Origin: Stylophora pistillata
Taxonomy: Eukaryota
Direction of reading: 5' to 3'
Assembly (NCBI RefSeq): GCF_002571385.2
Contig: NW_019217858.1
Location: forward strand, 463,218-527,217
Length of the DNA stretch: 64,000 nucleotides
In this document: in pieces, positions 59,901 through 64,000 of the stretch
Layout: every line of letters starts with the position of its first letter
Position numbering within the stretch: the first letter of the stretch is position 1
Notes under the pieces: model-generated
What the model was told of the DNA's origin: nothing
Databases searched by the model: none
What the model saw: only the letters and a program-made list of their open reading frames with translations
Position numbers and translations under genes: made by a program

Positions 59901-62900
59901 CTCTTTGTACATGTAGCTGTCTTGTTTTTGGAATTCAGCAAGCACAAGTATTAGCTTGATAGTGAAAGGACTCGTGTTGAATTAATTTTTTTTTATAGAA
60001 TGGAGATAATTTTCAAAAGAAAATTAAGCATGAGGGTAAGCGCGATCCCCACCATGGACATGATGACACACCAGCCAGCACAAGACAGCAGGTAATTGAA
60101 GCAACAGCTTATTGAACTGTCCTATTTTAAGCTGTCAGGTGACTGTTGTTGTGGAGATCAGTGACAAGGGACATCAGGTTAGCTACATTTAAGAGGCTGT
60201 TGCACTGCATGCTCCAAGAGTTGTTAACGGAAGTGATGCTGTGAAGATTATGATGCTTACAGTTACTGTTTGTAACAGAAAATTCTTTTCTTATCAACAG
60301 ACATATTTGCGAGTGTGTGCCAACAGAATGGCAAGAAGTGGCCGCTCAAATTCTCTCAAACCTACAAGGTCCAGAAGTTCTCAAAGTATGCCATTTGTTA
60401 AAAATATCACAAATATTTGGGGTTCAACCTCCAATAAGGACAATCATCTAATTTTTCCTAACAGTATTACAACCAAATCAAACATTTAAGCCAGGAGAAG
60501 AAAGGAAATTATTATCAGCTTAAGAATTTTATAATTGTTGAACGTAGTCTCTTTGTCATGATCATAGAAAACATCTAGAGAACAGTTTGTAGAATGTGCA
60601 TACTGCTGTTGGGGTGTAAAGGGTTCATTTTGATGGAAAGGCCAAATTTAGTTGTGTTAATATTCCTAGATAGTGAATTCAAGGGTTTCACTGGTGGTGG
60701 GTGTAATGTTCAAATAAACCAGAAGTTATTGATACTGGATGTTTGCCAGGAACTATGGGACGTCCAGGAGAAACCAGTAGGGCATCCACTGATGATCACA
60801 TGAAACATGTCTGCTTTCAACTAAAATCACTGTTAATCCTACATATCCTTTATTGAAGTCTATCTGAAATATCACAGCAGGGTAGCTGGTAGACCTGTAC
60901 CCACTTGTAGCCTTCACATAAATTTCTTTGCACTCCTAAAGTTCAAGTACTTCCCTTCAAATTTGTTAAAGTTAGTGGATCTTGAGAAATGAGAAAAAGA
61001 AATGTAATTGGAATAGACCTCAGGATGGGGAAAATGCAACTGCAAAAGTCTAAACTTTTTAAATTCCAAGGGAAGCCTGGAACTCCCTTGGAACAGGAGG
61101 CTCACCAGGCTTTCAAAATTACACATTTTTTGTTCTAAACCACCCATTTGTAAGATATTTTATTGTAACCACCACTTATTGTAGTGTAGATAGATGTATC
61201 CTGGTTCAGGGAAAACATAACAATAGACTGGCCTGATGGTGTTTTTGCCAGGATAGTTAAATTCAATCAGCCTGTAGTTATGAAACTTGTGTGTTTAATA
61301 TTCAGGATTGGTGACTCAACCACTTTGATATGTTATTAAGGGTGGCCTTTGTGCAGTGTTATTCCATTTCCTAACCTACTATTTGCTCATTCCCACAGGC
61401 TCCCCAGTGAACTCACCTCTAGCTGGAGAGGAAGGACCCTCAGGAATCAAGACTACCATGTGTCCTGTGTGTGAAGAAGTCATTCATGGGAATGGAGATG
61501 AGTTAAATTCTCATGTGGAGGCTTGCTTGAGAAAGGTGAATGCCACTGTAACGGTAAATTATCAATGTTTGATGTTGAAATGAGGATGGGTGGCCTATCA
61601 TGAGCCAGCATAAGCTGTAGCCTGTTGTTAGTGCTAGTTACCTCAGTCTTTTTTTAACCATTCAACTCCTAAGGGTGACTAACATTTAATTTCACCTTAC
61701 AATATCACCCCCTGGATTATGCATTAAGGCATGAGAATCAAGGAAATAATCACCAACTATAGAAGCTCTTGATTATTTAAAAAATTCCCCATATCAGCAC
61801 CCTAGGTAATGTATTGGGAACAGCATGGAGAATGTGTATACTGATGCTTGGGTGTAAAGAGTTAAGTGCCTCTCTTTAATCAGGGAAAAGGAATTATTCA
61901 AATACTGAATATGGACTTAAACCCTTCATAGAGAGAGTAGAAACACTCCGAAGTTGCCTTTGCAACAGAGGGTGGACACATTTACCTTTGCCATGCAGAT
62001 TGATTTTTACCGATAAGTGTTGTAACTCCTTCTAATTAACCCTTTAATTCCTATGAGGGACCAAGACAGAATTTCTCCTTACATTATCAATACAATATTT
62101 AGCAGAACAGGGATGGGAATAAAGTTACATGTATTAGTTGATCCAAGACCAAATTCGCAGAAGTAACATCACAAGAATTGTATGAAGGCTGGAAGAAGAA
62201 TTAGTAATGAGGTCTTGGGAGTGAAAAGGTTTTTTATTATAATTGTATTTCAATCTGCAGAAGGAAGGCAGGGCTGTTGATGACATTGATGAGGCTAATG
62301 GTCAGGATGTTTTTGAAGAATATGAGTGGGCTGGACAAACAAGAATAAGAGCTACAACTCTGTTGGAAGGTGGCTTTAGAGGTAGAGTTAATTCATTCCC
62401 AAAGGGGAGTGGGGTAATGATATGATTTGTTGTCCATATCATGGTTGAAGGAGGGGGGCTTTGGGATTTTCGGTTTTTCGGTTTTGACTGTTTTTTGGAT
62501 CGGTTTTTCGGTTTTTGAGCCAAAAAGGTTCGATTTTTCAGTTTTGATGTTCAGAGCGGTTTGCGGATTTTACATGTTTTTGCATTCGGTTTTCGGTTTT
62601 CATGAAGACTCTGGTGTGGTTTTCAGTTTTTCCTTTTTGACCCCTTCAAAGGTGAAAATGTAGTGGTTTTGTCAGATTTGCATGCGGTTTCCAGTTTTGC
62701 TGCCTTTTTTGGACAGTTTTGAAGGTTTTGAAGGTTTTTTTTCTCCGATTTTGTGGTTTCCCAGAGGCCCCAATGCCCCCCTCTTGAAGGATAAATGTTG
62801 CAAAATTTTCAATTCTCTGTTTGCAATGAAGGAATTAACCTCCAACCTGAGTGAAACCACAAAATGCATTTTTGTTTTTGTAAGATAAGGAACGCACACA

Positions 62901-64000
62901 AGAAAATGGAAGAATGAACTAAATCAGAATGGGTTGATTGTTTAAGAAAATTGGTGTGCATCGTAAATGACAACCTTTGATATTTGACGAAAGTTTTTCA
63001 AAAGGCGCAAATGTTGATGTGCCTTGATTTTTTTTTTGGACTTAACAATGAAACACAAACTTTGTGGAATTTGTTAGGAAACAAGTTGTGTCATTTTTCA
63101 TGCCATAAGTTGTTGTTACTTTTTCAGCCTCGGGCTTTCAGACTGGAATAAAACGTAAAAGGGAGGAGGAGGATGATGGAGACCTTGATATTGATGGAGA
63201 TGATTCAGAAGAATATGGAAAACCTCAGTATCCTACAGAATGTTGATTTGTAAACTAGAGATGATACCTCCATGTGCGGGGGATACTAGGTTGCTTACTG
63301 GTTGTTTTATTTTCACTGTCATTTTGTACCCAGTTGTTTCTTACCCAGCTAGGTTGTTTTGTACCCAGCCAGTTGAGTTGTTTCATGTCCAGCTTGCTTT
63401 TTTATACCCAAACTAATAAAGCATGTTTTCCATGTTAACAATTGGAGAAAAAATATCACATTTACATAAGCTGTTATCATTTAAAAAGTCCCAAGTATCA
63501 ACAGTGGAGTTTTCTATCAAAAATATCACACTTACCTTGCACCAGGTAATAATTGAGTTGTTTTTATTGAGAAGGTCACAAGTGTACGTAACAGATTTTG
63601 TTTGGATCTTACTCAACTAAATTGTTGTATGCAACTTGTTATATGAATCGATCAGAGGCTTGGGTAAGAATGACTGTATAAGGTTACAAAACAACAGGAT
63701 ACCATTAGGATTTTTGCATATTACAGGCAGCCTTACCTTTTTGCATATACAGTGTGTGTCCATAAGACAGCAATTTGTACAATTTTGTTTTCGAAGTAAT
63801 CACTGTGAGCTTTCAATTGTAAGGGTATAGCATTAACTGCATGAATTAAGATGTTTTTCAACATACGATACAACTTATTGCATCATAAAGGAGAAAACTG
63901 CTGTTTTTGCCATTCCTTAATTCATTATCTCATAAAACAAGGTACTCAGAAGCAGATATAATTCCTTGTGGTGCTGGTGAACCCGATGAAGATAATGTCA
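53948..64000 (+). CDS. RNF220: E3 ubiquitin-protein ligase RNF220, 3'-partial; join(53948..54689,58434..58554,59838..59883,59999..60091,60301..60385,61399..61535,62261..62381,63128..63227,63942..>64000)
   Basis: Recognisable RNF220 blocks: YIPNPLTSPALMVLASTAEA, GTGAFR, CPVC..SIRPGEMESH, TYLRV.ANR, CPVC..ELNSHVEACL, FEEYEWAGQTRIRATTLLEGGFR, DLDIDGDD..EYGKPQYSEADIIPC. Exon phases are consistent. The RING domain lies beyond the window. Confidence 0.95.
57472..57648. mobile_element. CAGGGCTC-terminus MITE with 5-bp TSD
   Basis: cagggctc / gagccctg; cagat at 57467-57471 and 57649-57653; inserted into an older TTAA-type repeat. Confidence 0.85.
58695..59557 (-). mobile_element. tRNA-derived SINE in two pieces (about 58695-58770 and 59346-59557)
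   Basis: Minus strand: tRNA-like head (ctaatggtta..ggtttgagccc), central gtgttcttggacaaaacacttt..ctctccaccc motif; 3' part displaced by about 575 bp. Confidence 0.6.
61654..61865. mobile_element. TTAA-flanked (piggyBac-like) MITE; relatives at about 41980, 60430 and 62036
   Basis: ttaa|ccattcaactcct ... gggtgtaaagag|ttaa; shares catttaatttc.ccttacaatatcacccc with the 41980 copy. Confidence 0.7.
62451..62783. mobile_element. MITE with 6-bp TSD and CGGTTT subterminal repeats
   Basis: TIRs gaggggggctttggg / cccaatgcccccctc; ttgaag at 62445-62450 and 62784-62789. Confidence 0.85.
63228..63941 (+). other. U12-type (minor spliceosome) GT-AG intron in RNF220
   Basis: Donor GTATCCTA, branch site TTCCTTAAT (63913-63921) 20 nt before the AG, no polypyrimidine tract; splicing restores GKPQ|YSEADIIPC. 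Confidence 0.9.

Overview
AT-rich, intron-rich animal genomic DNA with two scaffold gaps (15571-16188, 23922-24548). Gene content and repeat families suggest a cnidarian, probably a stony coral (inference). Three protein-coding genes lie on the + strand: (1) a two-exon TGF-beta superfamily ligand of the 9-cysteine activin/inhibin-beta/myostatin type (3195-5358); (2) DOT1L, the histone H3K79 methyltransferase, reconstructed as 22 exons and about 1828 aa (18488-38506); (3) RNF220, an E3 ubiquitin ligase, running off the right edge and containing a U12-type (minor spliceosome) intron. Introns and intergenic DNA hold many small, often nested mobile elements with readable target-site duplications (TSDs). 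The most notable hidden signal is a set of short non-coding insertions with Penelope-like architecture: an inverted arm, a 3' tail and ~13-bp flanking repeats. They carry minimal hammerhead-ribozyme motifs, one with a compensatory U3-A8 core, and a tRNA-bearing element shows the same architecture. Other leads are the TGF-beta ligand/DOT1L adjacency, which mirrors vertebrate AMH-DOT1L linkage, and two eh1-like Groucho-binding motifs in the DOT1L tail. All gene models and coordinates were derived by eye; no searches were run.
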